Below are positions 25,827 through 38,023 of a stretch of 64,000 bases of DNA, one piece after another. The DNA lies in the NCBI GenBank assembly GCA_951406725.2, contig OX597817.1, positions 113,274,001 through 113,338,000 on the forward strand. Direction: 5' to 3'. How positions within the stretch are numbered: the stretch's first letter is position 1; every line of letters starts with the position of its first letter. The DNA is from Octopus vulgaris. Lineage: Eukaryota. The position numbers and the translations under genes were made by a program. The notes under the pieces were generated by a model, which did not search any database, was not told where the DNA came from, and worked only from the letters and a program-made list of their open reading frames with translations.

Positions 25827-26000
25827 GTTAGTCTAGATTCCAGAGTAAGAGAAGTTATAAACCAAAATATGTTGGATCCATCTCCACATACATTCGATGA
25901 AGCACAATTGCAGATATATACTCTGATGCACCAAGATCCTTATCCACGCTTTCTTAATTCTCAGCTCTACAAAAAACTCATCGAGGAGGCCTCCTCGTGA
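25827..26000 (+). CDS. RGS17/19/20: Terminal coding exon of RZ-type RGS (VSLDSRVREVINQNMLDPSPHTFDEAQLQIYTLMHQDPYPRFLNSQLYKKLIEEASS*)
   Basis: ttttatttctttgcag acceptor; EVSLDS carries the RZ-diagnostic Ser where RGS4 has Asn128; stop TGA at 25998-26000. Confidence 0.96.
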   Translation, partial: VSLDSRVREVINQNMLDPSPHTFDEAQLQIYTLMHQDPYPRFLNSQLYKKLIEEASS

Positions 26001-27003
26001 GAGAAGACCTGAACTAAAAACAAAGCTCTGTTCTAGTTTTTCCCCCCATTTGCTACAAGGAAACTTGCTGCAGCCAATCAGAAGCTTCACTGACGGTCAC
26101 TGAGACAGAAAGTGAAGGCACTCATAACTATTTCTACCTGTTGAGACCATTATCTGGCTATGACAAAGATGACAACTGTTGACCTGTACTGTGCTGGTAA
26201 TGAAGATCTTTGGCCTCCAGCTCACACTGCTAGCCATTTTGTATATGTGGGTGTGAATATAAGTGTGTGTGTGTGTGAGTGTGAATATGTGTGTATGTGC
26301 ATGCATGTGTGCTTGTGTGTGTGTACCACCAGCACGTGTCTATATGGCAGATTATGGCAGATACAGTCATTGTTGTCATTGCTGTCGTTGTTGTTGTTGT
26401 TGTGATTTATTGTTGTTGTTGTTAGTGTGCAAGGAGGACTTAACAGTGCAGTAATTGGACTGCACATCTGAACTTCATTCTTTTGTCATCTCTTGTATAT
26501 TTTACCTCAGTGCTTTTTTGGAAGCATGTTCAGGAATTTTTCAGAAAGAAAAATATTGACAGAGATACAAAATTCAATGCATTTGTGAGTAATACATCCA
26601 TAAGTGCACACATACACAGATATGCATTTTAATATTTACATACGTGCAAATTTTCACACACTAGTCACTCAATTTTTGGAAGGCAAGGAGTAGTGAAAAT
26701 GTATTTATTATTCTCCGATAATAATGTGTTTTGATTTATTCTTTTTTTTTTCTAAATTAATTTAACGATATTTTTAAAACATTTTTAAGTAAAATTAGGC
26801 TTCCTAATTATAAACACATATTCACACACACAATTTATCACTTCCACATTCACATACATGTAATTATATACACCAATGTACATGCACATACATATACTTG
26901 TTACAAAAGGGTTAAAATATTGAACATTATTACTAAGAATTTGAAGAAAATTTCAAAGTGGGGAGGGTATTATTTTTTTCTTTTCAATTTATTTGAATTT
27001 GTC

Positions 27004-27009
27004 AATAAA
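27004..27009 (+). promoter_or_regulatory. Candidate polyadenylation signal of the RGS 3' UTR
   Basis: First AATAAA I found after the stop codon; the sequence is AT-rich, so specificity is low. Confidence 0.25.
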
Positions 27010-27416
27010 GAAAAACTCTTTCAATCTTTTCAAATGAATTCTGAAATTTAAAAACAGTTAATGAAAATCTCATTAAATCAAGAATACTAAGTGTCCTTGC
27101 TTGTTTTGGAAAGGACTAACTTTTTGGTTTATATATATATATCAGTCTTAACTAGAGGTGTTAAGGACAATGAGAGACTCATCAGAAAATGAAAGAAAAT
27201 AAAAGGATTATGGCATCCCAAAATGATAGACCCATGAAATGGGGGCAGGTAGGGAGATGGTTCTTTTGAGAGTATCTCGCTAGATTATTAAGAAAATTAG
27301 AACAACTTGATAAAACAGCCACAAAAACTTGTTTTGTCATTTTTGTTTTGTTTTTTTCTTTGTCTATTTCTAGTTAATGCTAATGATAATTATAAGAGCA
27401 AGGGGTGGGATAAAAA

Positions 27417-27474
<58 letters not shown>

Positions 27475-28015
27475 TAAGAAAACTGGTGCAATATGGGACA
27501 TTTTTTCAATGGGGTATATAATTTTACATCACGCATTCATTAAGAAAAATGCATATCTCTCTCTCTCTCTCTATCTATCTAGCTACATGCGTATCCAAAA
27601 CACATGACAAAAACAAAGAAAAGAAAACCACACTTATTTATCTGTGAATATTTATGTGCAATTTTTATACATTTCTCTAAAAAGTATTTTAAAATGCTGA
27701 AATACAACATGGTAGAAACACAAAAAAAAAGAAAAACAAATGAAAAAGCATACAGACGCCGACCTTTTTTTCATTTCTTGTTTTCTTTCACCCCACTCCC
27801 CCATTACCTATCAACCTAAAATGAATCTAAATTATGAATTCCATTAATTCATTAACGAATATTTAATGTATCTGGAACACTAAACATCTAAAGAAAATCA
27901 TGTCTTCAAAGCTTACTCAATGGTAAGAGTATTTAATTGTTATCAATTAAAATCCTGTGAAATTGGCCCAATTTTTTTGAGTTTGAACTTGTTACTCTAT
28001 TATTATTTTCTATAA

Positions 28016-28052
<37 letters not shown>

Positions 28053-28103
28053 TATTATTATTATTATTATCATTATATTAATTTATTTTATTTTATATTA
28101 TAA

Positions 28104-28134
<31 letters not shown>

Positions 28135-28151
28135 TTAGATATATATATATT

Positions 28152-28200
<49 letters not shown>

Positions 28201-28693
28201 CATATACATACATATGTGTATGTGTATATATATATATCCTTCAATATGCATGTTATATAATATTCCATCAAATAATATATATTTATATATTGTATAATAT
28301 AATAATTATATATTATATTTACATATATATTTCTTAATATAAAATAATATAAAGTATATTGTAATATATATAGTTTATTATATATATATATAATATTTAT
28401 ATAATATATATATTATATATATATATTATATATGTATGAATGTATATATATTTACATATATTATATTTATATATATGGGTGTGTATAATTATATAAGTGT
28501 ATGTATATATATTATATTAAATTATATTATAATGTATATATTATAATATATAATATTATTAGTATTGTTATTATCAATATTTTTTAGTGTGTCCAGGTTG
28601 TTTATTAAATCTAGTATTGTATTCAATTTATTGCATTTTCATTTCTCATAGCAGGATCAATAATCTACAAAGGAGCATTTTCAAATTATTATT

Positions 28694-28818
<125 letters not shown>

Positions 28819-31800
28819 CTATCTATCTATCCATCTATTTATCTATCTATCCTATCATTCTATCTATCCTATCATTCTATCTATCTCCTTACTAAATCTT
28901 GAAATCTTGTACATCATCACAAAGAATTTTGTGTTAAAAAAGAAGATACAAATAAAACAGAATTCAATCTTGTAAAATGACCAACAAGTTAACTATTTCC
29001 ATTTTTAACCCTTTAAGCATTCTGATTAGACAGTCAAGTGTAATGCCTACTTATTCACATTGCTTCAAATTAATTACGCATTATCTTGTAGCTGTGAGAT
29101 TTCACTGGTTGTTATATTGAAAATGACATTGTACAGAAGGTGTGAGGGGTCAGATCTTGCCAGTTTGAACATACAACAGGTAAAATATTTGTGCCAGATA
29201 TGACCAGTTTAGATGCTAAAGGGTTAAACTGATTATGTTTTAACAGATTTACATTCTAAATTGAAATGTAGTCTTTTAATGATTAAAAAAAGTATTAGCA
29301 GAGTATTAACAGTAATCAGTCATATAAGCAGTAGATTCTTAATAATAAAACAAAAACCAATGACTTCAATAGCTGATATGTATACAAAGTTTGCAATATA
29401 CAAATTTGAAGAGTGTCTAAAGCTAAAGTTACATAAGAGTGTTACTATAGCTCAGCATTATTACAAAGCTCAAATCAGTGTAACTGTCATAGGGTATTTG
29501 CAGTATAGTAGCAGAATTGTAAAAGTTATCAGTCTACCTATCTATCTGTCTGTCAGTCTATCTATCTGTCTATCTATCTATCTATCTATCTGTCTATCTA
29601 TCTATAGATTGATAGATGGATAGTTAGACATGTAGACAAATAGACAGATAGACAGACATGCTCTCTTTACAGAATAATTTTTACGTTTCATTCTTAATGA
29701 TAGAACAAATGAATATTCTGTTTATCGGCAGTGACAGATTCAATCTTCAGCTTTTAACTAATTAATTAATATTCACCACCACTTATATTGAGTACTCCTA
29801 ATTATATACTGATAATGAACACTTATACACATACACACGCACACACACATGTGTGTGAGTATAAAATCAGTTATGCATATATTAGAACATATACTTATAT
29901 AATTAAGAGGAAATTGATATTCATAGTGTAGAAAAAGATGATGGAAGTAAAATCAAGGTTGAGTGGACAAGATATTGGAGCTACTTATTCATCAATCAGT
30001 TCTGCTGTCAGGAATAGTTACCAGATCATTTAAGAATGTTGCCTGTGATAGACTGGTGTCCTATCCTGTGATATTTGAACAATTACATATATATGTATAT
30101 GTGTAAATGGATATTCTTTTTCATGATGTATAAAATTAAGATTTTTGTATAATATTCAAGTCAAATTTAATTTTTCTTTCAATTTATAATTTATAATTCT
30201 ACTTATCGAAAAACAAATCTAAATTGCTTTCTTGTGTATATACATATACATACATACATGCATATACACACACATATATATATTAAAATAAATATAACTT
30301 AAGCATTCTAATTGGAAACAAATTCATGGTGAGTTTAACACTGTAATCTATTATTTCAATTTCAACATTTTCTGTATTGTATTATGCTCAATTTCACAAG
30401 TTTTTAGCTCTGAAATATTTTCTGTGACTATCGCAAAACACAGTGAGCCAGTGAGATAGCCGAACTTGTAGAGAGTCTAAACTTAAGTGACATTACAATA
30501 TTTAGTTATTTCATTGCCCTACATTCTGAGTTCAAATTTTGCCAAGGTTGATTTTGGTCTATCATCCTTCTGGCACTGTAAGGTGGGGTGTGTTGGGTTT
30601 GACAAAATTAGTACATGTAATACACTCTGGGCTTGATTCAATTGACTATATCTTTCTTTAATGAGAATTGATTTCATTTCCAGTTAAAATGTATGAGTTA
30701 TTCTTGTGACATGTAAAAGATACAAAGAATTTGTAGAATTACATGGAATCATGATTTTTAGTTTGTTAATGGTTGGTTAGTAAAACAACATAAAAGACTC
30801 ACACATAAATTATTACATATTACATATAGTTTATTTGATTAATTTAGAACAAGACTTTTTTAGGAATTTCAGGAACTTTTTATTTTAAAAGTGCTTGATT
30901 TAAGAATTGAAATCTGCCTACAAAAATAATAATGATAATAATAAATAAATAAAAAAATAAATTATTTTGAACTAATTTGGTTCAGATATAAAAGTTTTCA
31001 AATGTAACTTTTGTTTTAACCTTTTTTTTTAAAAAAAAAAAACCCACTTACAAATTTCCAATGACAGAAATATAGTGACTTCAAAATGAGCTAACCCTTT
31101 ATATATATATTAAATTTTACCTGTAAGTGAAACAAAAATACAACACTTCAATTTCTCAAAGGTTAAGTACTTGGCATATGACACGTTGTTTCATAAGGAA
31201 AATTTTTAAATTGTCATTTTTAGTCAACCATAGTTCATTGTGACATTCCCCCTCCCCCTGCAAAAAAAATCATCACATATAATTATTTACTGAAAAAAAA
31301 TAATAATAATATAATTTTTCATTAATCTAAAGAATATGAGGTAAGAAGAGATTGGCAGTTCATAGTTGACTTATATTTGCTTCATTCTGGTGCCATTCTG
31401 TTGTAGTTTGCTGTTTTCAATATAACTGGGGGAGATGCCCAGCTTATTGATTGATGTGTGTGTCTGTTTTGGGTGAGTTTGTATTTGTCTGTGAGTGTGT
31501 ATGTATGTGTGTGTGTGTATATGTATACATGTCTGTGAGTGAACAAGTAAAACACCTTCAAACAGTTTTTATCAGTAATTCGATGAAATGCACTTAAGTT
31601 GATTGATTTCTAAACATTTTGATGAATATTTCATACATGGGTTTTGTCTACATATCTGAACAGAGAATGAGAATTATTGGGATGTAACTATTATATTCCA
31701 TCTACACTGTAACATATCTAATCAACCTATTGGAAACAAATACACATATGCATACATAAAAGACTCACATAGCTACACACAAAAACATGCAGACTCTTAC

Positions 31801-33020
31801 TTTCATACATACATTAAATGCATCCACAGGCATGCACACAAAGTTTATTATAAAAGCTGATGTATTGAAAAAAACGTATTGATGATTTACCTGAGATTGA
31901 ATAAAGAAACATGTTTTACATCCAGTTGTAACAACATTTGACATGGATATAACAACCATTTGAAAGAGGTTAAATATGTGAAGCCACGACACCATATGAA
32001 ACTACAACACCATGTGAAACCACAACATCATGTGAAGCCACTCCAGTGTTTAAAAGCTATCCTACTTTCATTGAAATCCTATTCATATTCTTGCTTGAGG
32101 TACTTTATACATATTTCACTGCTATATATTTATTATGTAATAATTTTTTCTTTGAGAATCTGGTGGCAATAATGAAATAGTAAGAATTCCAAACATTTCT
32201 TTTTAGTGGCTGGCCTAATCAAAGGGAGAGTAATACTCATGATGTTTTATATGGCTTCTGAAACTGTGGAGACAGTGGAAGGAGATTAAGAAACCGCAAC
32301 ACAAAAGTTGCCACAGCAAAAAGCAGGATATGAAGCTATTGAGTTGTTCTTAAATTTGTGATGCTGTATCTAGTACACAATAACCTGCAAAACTGAGTTG
32401 AGTTTCATATCTCACCATTTTGTCAACATTGCCTTTCATATATCTGGAGAGGAGAGAGGAAGATTGTTAAAATGTGAACCAATAATATACTGGGTTGTAG
32501 AATGGAAATCAATTCAATCGCCTTTATCTCACCTCCTCTCTTTACAAAACTTGACTGTGAGTATGATGGAAAAAATATCATTATTAAATGCTTTTGTTTG
32601 GTAGAGAAGAAAGAGAGAAATAAGAAATTCAAATAATATTTTGGTGCTAGGAATGTCATCCAAGTATACAAACTTGTTCCCCTGTGCCAGCACAGATAAG
32701 AACTGGACACAATATTTAAATAAAATGTATTGCAATTACTTAGTATCCATGGTAATGTCCTAATACTCAGCATGGCCACAGCCCGAATGTTTAAAACCAG
32801 TAAAAGAGTGTATTTTATGAAGCTCAAAAACAAATTTGTGACTACATTTTTTTATGAGACTTTTTCAATTAATTATTGGCTCATTAAATGAAATATTCTT
32901 TTTAATGACAACAAACTACTACAAACTTTTCTGCCAAGCAAACCATAACATTATTACTAAAGTCTGGGGATGGAAATGTGGAGTAGAGACAGGTAAACAT
33001 TTGGCTGATTTTGTATTATT

Positions 33021-33055
<35 letters not shown>

Positions 33056-33066
33056 TATTATTATCA

Positions 33067-33100
<34 letters not shown>

Positions 33101-33107
33101 CATTATT

Positions 33108-34025
33108 AAGGTGGTGAGCTGGCAGAATTGTTAGCATACTGGGCAAAATGCTTAGTTGTATTTCACCCATCACTACATTCTGAGTTCAAATTCCGCTGAG
33201 GTCGATTTTGCTTTACATCCTTTCGGGGTCAATAAATTAAGTACCAGTGAAACACTGGGGTCAATATAATTGAATAGTCCCCACCCAACAAATTTGAGGC
33301 CTTGTACCTCCAATAGAAAGGATTATTACTATTGTTGTTGTTGCTGTTGTTATTGTTGGTTTTATTATTATTATCATCATCATCATCATCATCATCATTA
33401 TTATTAAGGTGGCGAGCTGGCAGAATTGTTAGCATACTGGGTGAAATGCTTAGTGGCACTTCACCCATCGCTATATTCTGAGTTCAATTTCCACCAAGGT
33501 CGGCTTTGATTTTCATCCTATTGCGATCGATAAATTAAGTACCAGTGGTGTACTGGAGTCGATCTAATCAACTAGTCCCCTCCCCCAAAATTTCAGGCCT
33601 TGTGCCTATAGCAAAAAGGATTATTATTACTATTATAATTAAGGCAGTGAGCTGGCAGAACTGTTGGCAGACTTGGCAAAATGTTTAGTGGCATTTCATA
33701 TATCTTTATATTTTGAGTTCAAATTCCATTGAGGTGATCTTTACTTTTCATAAATTAAGTACCAGTTGAACACTGGGTCGATGTAATCAATTTGACCCTC
33801 TTCCAAAATTTCAGGCCTGTACCTATAATAGAAAGGATTATTATTTTTCAATAAAAAAAATATTCTTTACATTCTGAGTTCAAATCTTGCCATGGTCAAC
33901 TTAGTCTTTCATCCTTCCTAGGTCAATAAAATGAAATACCAATCAAATACTTAGGTTGATTTCAACTCAACTATTCCCCTAAATTTCATGCTTTGTGCTT
34001 ATGTTAGAAACAATTATCATTATCA

Positions 34026-34107
<82 letters not shown>

Positions 34108-34950
34108 GGTGGTAAGCTGGCAGAATCATTAGCATGCCAGACAAAATGCTTAGTGGCATTTCATCCATCTTTACGTTTTGAGTTCAAATTCCATTTAGGT
34201 TGACTTTGCCTTTCATCCTTTTGGGAGTTGATAAATTAAGTACCAGTAAAGTACTGGGGTCGATGTTAGCAACTATCCCCCTTCCCCAAATTTCTGGCCT
34301 TGTGCCTATAGTAGAAAGGATTGTTATTATTACTATTATTATTTTTATTAAGGTGGCATACTGGCAGAATCGTTAGCATGCTAGGCAAATTGCTTAGCAG
34401 CATTTCATCCTTTCAGGGTCAATAAATTGAGTACCAGTGAAACACTGGGGTCGATGTAATCAACTAGTCCCCTCCCATCAAATTTCAAGCTTGGTGCCTT
34501 TACTAGAAAGGATAATTATTTTTTAGGGCTGTAGATTACCAGAATCATTTGAGCATCATAAAAATGCCTTGTAGTATTTTTTCCAGCTTTTTACTTTCTG
34601 AGTTCAAATCCCACCAAAGTCAGTTTTGCCTTTTATCATTTTGGGATCAATAAAATAGAGTATCAATCAAGTACAGAGGTTGATGGTATCAATTTATCCA
34701 CTTCTCTCAAAATTGCTGGTTTTGTGCCTAAATTAGAAACAATTGTTATTATTATTGGCTGATTCATTTGTGTCAGACAAAATGCTTTAAAGTATTAGTT
34801 ATAGTGTTATTCTAAATTCAAATCCTTCTGAAATCAGCTTTGTCTTTTTATACAGCCAATGTTGATAAAAGAAAGTAACAGTCAAGTACTGAGATCAGTA
34901 TGATCAACTAACCAATTACTGGCCTGGTGCCTATATCAGAAATTATTATC

Positions 34951-35003
<53 letters not shown>

Positions 35004-35842
35004 GGTGGTGAGCTGGCAGAATTGTTTCCACACCTGTCACTATGTTCTGAGTTCAGATTTCGCCAAGATCAACTTTGCCTTTCTTCCTTTCAGGGTCGAT
35101 AAATTAAGTATCAGTGAAACACTGGGCTCAATGTAATCAACTAGTCCCCTTCCCAAAAATTTCAGGCCTTGTGTCTATAGTAGAAAAGATTATTATTATT
35201 ATTATTAACATTATTATTATTATTGTTATTATTATTATCATCATTATTATTATCATCATCATTATTATTATTACTATCAGGAGAAGGAGGAGGATTGAAG
35301 AAGCATTGGAGTATTGGATAAAATACCTTGCAGTATTTCTTTCAACTCTCTACATTCTAATTTCAAATCCTATTGAGGCCAACTTTGCCTTTCATTTTTA
35401 AGGGTTTGGCAAAAATAATACCAGTTAAATTTTGAGGGCAGTTTAATCAACCATATTTTTGACCTTGTGCTTATGTAAGAAATCCTTATCATCATTAATG
35501 GGATAGCTGTCAGAACTGATTGACTTTAGTTTTCATATTCATAGAATAACTAAAAGTTATATACTGGTATCAGTTTTATCAACTATACTCTTCCCTACCA
35601 AAATATTTAGCTTTGTGCATATATTAGAAATTATTATTATGATTATCATTAAGGCAGTGGACTGGCAGAATTGTTAGCACACCAAGCAAACTGCTTAGTG
35701 ACATTTCGTCCATCTTTACAATCTGAGTTCAAATTCAACTGAGGTCAACTTTCATCCTTTTGGGGTCAATGAGAATTGGGTTCGATGTAATCGACTAGCC
35801 TCCTCCCCAAAAATTGCAGGCCTTGTGCCTATAGTACAAAGA

Positions 35843-35883
<41 letters not shown>

Positions 35884-36090
35884 AAAGGCAGAATGATTTG
35901 CATGGCAGACATTTCTTCCAGCTCTATGTTCTGAGTTCAAATACCATCAAGATTAACTTTTCTTTCAAATTGTTGGGGTTGATAAATTAAGTGCCAGTCA
36001 AGTTCTGGGATTTATGTAATCGATTAGCCCCCACCCCCACTACTCTCCCTAAATTTCAGGCCTTGTATTTATAACAGAGCGGATTGTTAT
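33108..36090 (+). mobile_element. Head-to-tail array of ~13 tRNA-derived (Meta-core-like) SINE copies separated by (ATT)n/(TCA)n tails
   Basis: Unit ggtggtgagctggcagaa...ttctgagttcaaat (B-box)...gcctttcatcctttcggggtcgataaattaagtaccag...ggccttgtgcct..tagaaagg(att)n. Starts near 33108, 33406, 33642, 33865, 34106, 34350, 34525, 34760, 35002, 35290, 35495, 35651 and 35885. Solo copies at ~25503-25720, 30440-30660, 52230-52440, 52680-52880 (-) and 54040-54245. Confidence 0.88.
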
Positions 36091-37349
36091 TATCAATATT
36101 GCAATTGTTGTAGAACAGAGCTCAAGATCTTGCAAATCCTACAGTTTACTTTCAATTCTGCAGCTCAGTTGAAGCCAATTTATCTTAGTGTTAACATTTT
36201 TCAGAAATGTCACAAGCATTTCACTCTCTCACTTCTCTCAATATAAATTGTATCTGAGTAATAAATTTTTGCCATATCAGTGGTGAAATTGAACCTTCTG
36301 CTTCTGAACTGTAGATAGAATTTGGTATCTGTTTTCTCAATTTATTGGGAATATATTTGAAACAAATCAAATTTGAGAAGTTTATCTTTCTTTTCTTTCT
36401 TTCTGTTTTTCTTCCCCCAGTTTCTGTTCTCTCAACCTTTTTTTTTATATTTGCATATTTTGTCTCTCCCAGTGAATTCACTGACTAAAATCGATAAGTC
36501 ATCATTTAAAAAAAAAAAATGAAGGTTGCTTGTTTCTTAAAGTTACAAACTGAAGAAAAGTGAATAGTGAAAAATTAAGCCACTCTCTTTCATGAATCTT
36601 AGCTAAAATAGAAGATTATGGTAGAATTCTTTTCTTTCATTGTTTTACTTTATGTGGAATTTTTGCTTCAATCATTAACCCTTTCGTTACTGTATTTATT
36701 TTGAGATGCTCTCTGTTTTGTTCAATTAATTTTAAATATAACAAAGAATTTAGTAAAATAACTCAGTTATCATAAATTGTGACAATGGTTTGGTGGAAGA
36801 TTTTAATTCAAAACTTATGAAAACAAGGCATTTGTACCACTGAGCCAGAGCCAGTTTCAGCCAAGTTGGTAATGAAAGGGTTAAATTATAGACTAAGATC
36901 TTTCATACTTGTATTTTTCTCTAAGTTCTTTGCTGTTATTTTCTCCTCTCAAACAAACCAGTATCATAACATGATCACCACAAATGCTCTCACTTGTTAT
37001 CAAGTTACAGTTTTATACACTGGCTTTGATTCAATGAACTGTATCACTCTCATACAAAATTGGACCTACTACTATTACTATCATTACAACTATCTTTTGT
37101 AAATATAACAGGAATGAGCTAAATTTCTGGAAAACCAAGTTCATAACCTGATTTCAGTTACCAGTTGTAGCTCTTTTGACATCACTGGAGTTACTATCTC
37201 ATTTTTCTTCATAGAGATCTTAGGCTTTGTGTCTTCATTAATTAACAAAAAAAACAAAACAACTATTACTGCTGATACTGTTGCAACTATCCTCTATTGT
37301 GAAGATGATGGCTATAGTTAAAATACCATATCTTCTATCATTGTTATTA

Positions 37350-37401
<52 letters not shown>

Positions 37402-37990
37402 GTATCTTGTTTCTCTTATATTCTTCTGACTTTCTCCGGTGTTATAGATGTAAAGAAATTTTAAAATTTTGCTGCTTTTCTTTTAATTTTTTTTTTTAAC
37501 TCTGTGGTTACCCCATTTTTAGGTTACAGTGTAACTTTGTTTCTGTCTAAAATAATTTCTTGCTCATCAATTTTTATTGATTACCAATGAGCAATAGTAG
37601 TTAAAAAGGAAAGCAGAAAGAAAGCCAATGAAAAGGTAAAAATCCAGATCAAAAATTGAAAAATAAGAACAAAGTCCTACATTGTCCTAAAACACCAATC
37701 ATCTAAACTGTATTTATCATTTATCAACAATCTATATTTGTTACTATCCTCAGATTGGTCCTATCAGTTTACATATTGCTGTCGTTGTAAATGAGCCAAC
37801 ACAAAATAGCATTGCAGTTGGCTAGGTTATTGTTATTGCCTTTACAACAGGCAAGTACTTTGTCTTACCTCTCTATAAACAGGGTCTAAATAAGTGAAAC
37901 TGTACACAAACTATTACAGCTGAAATTATTTATAAAAATTTCTGAAATATACTCAAATATAGACATGCATATTTGCTAATCCATATATGC

Positions 37991-38023
<33 letters not shown>

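Noticed and set aside
26370-26425. CCHCCRCCCCC in ORF 26263-26454
   Set aside because: Downstream of the stop codon; a (TTG)n microsatellite in the 3' UTR.
31976-32047. 18-bp tandem repeat x4 giving a (VKPQHH)n ORF
   Set aside because: Short local minisatellite with no splice or homology support for coding.
33108-36090. SINE heads as tRNA genes
   Set aside because: Only A/B-box similarity; no complete cloverleaf, and each is followed by a SINE body and an (ATT)n tail.
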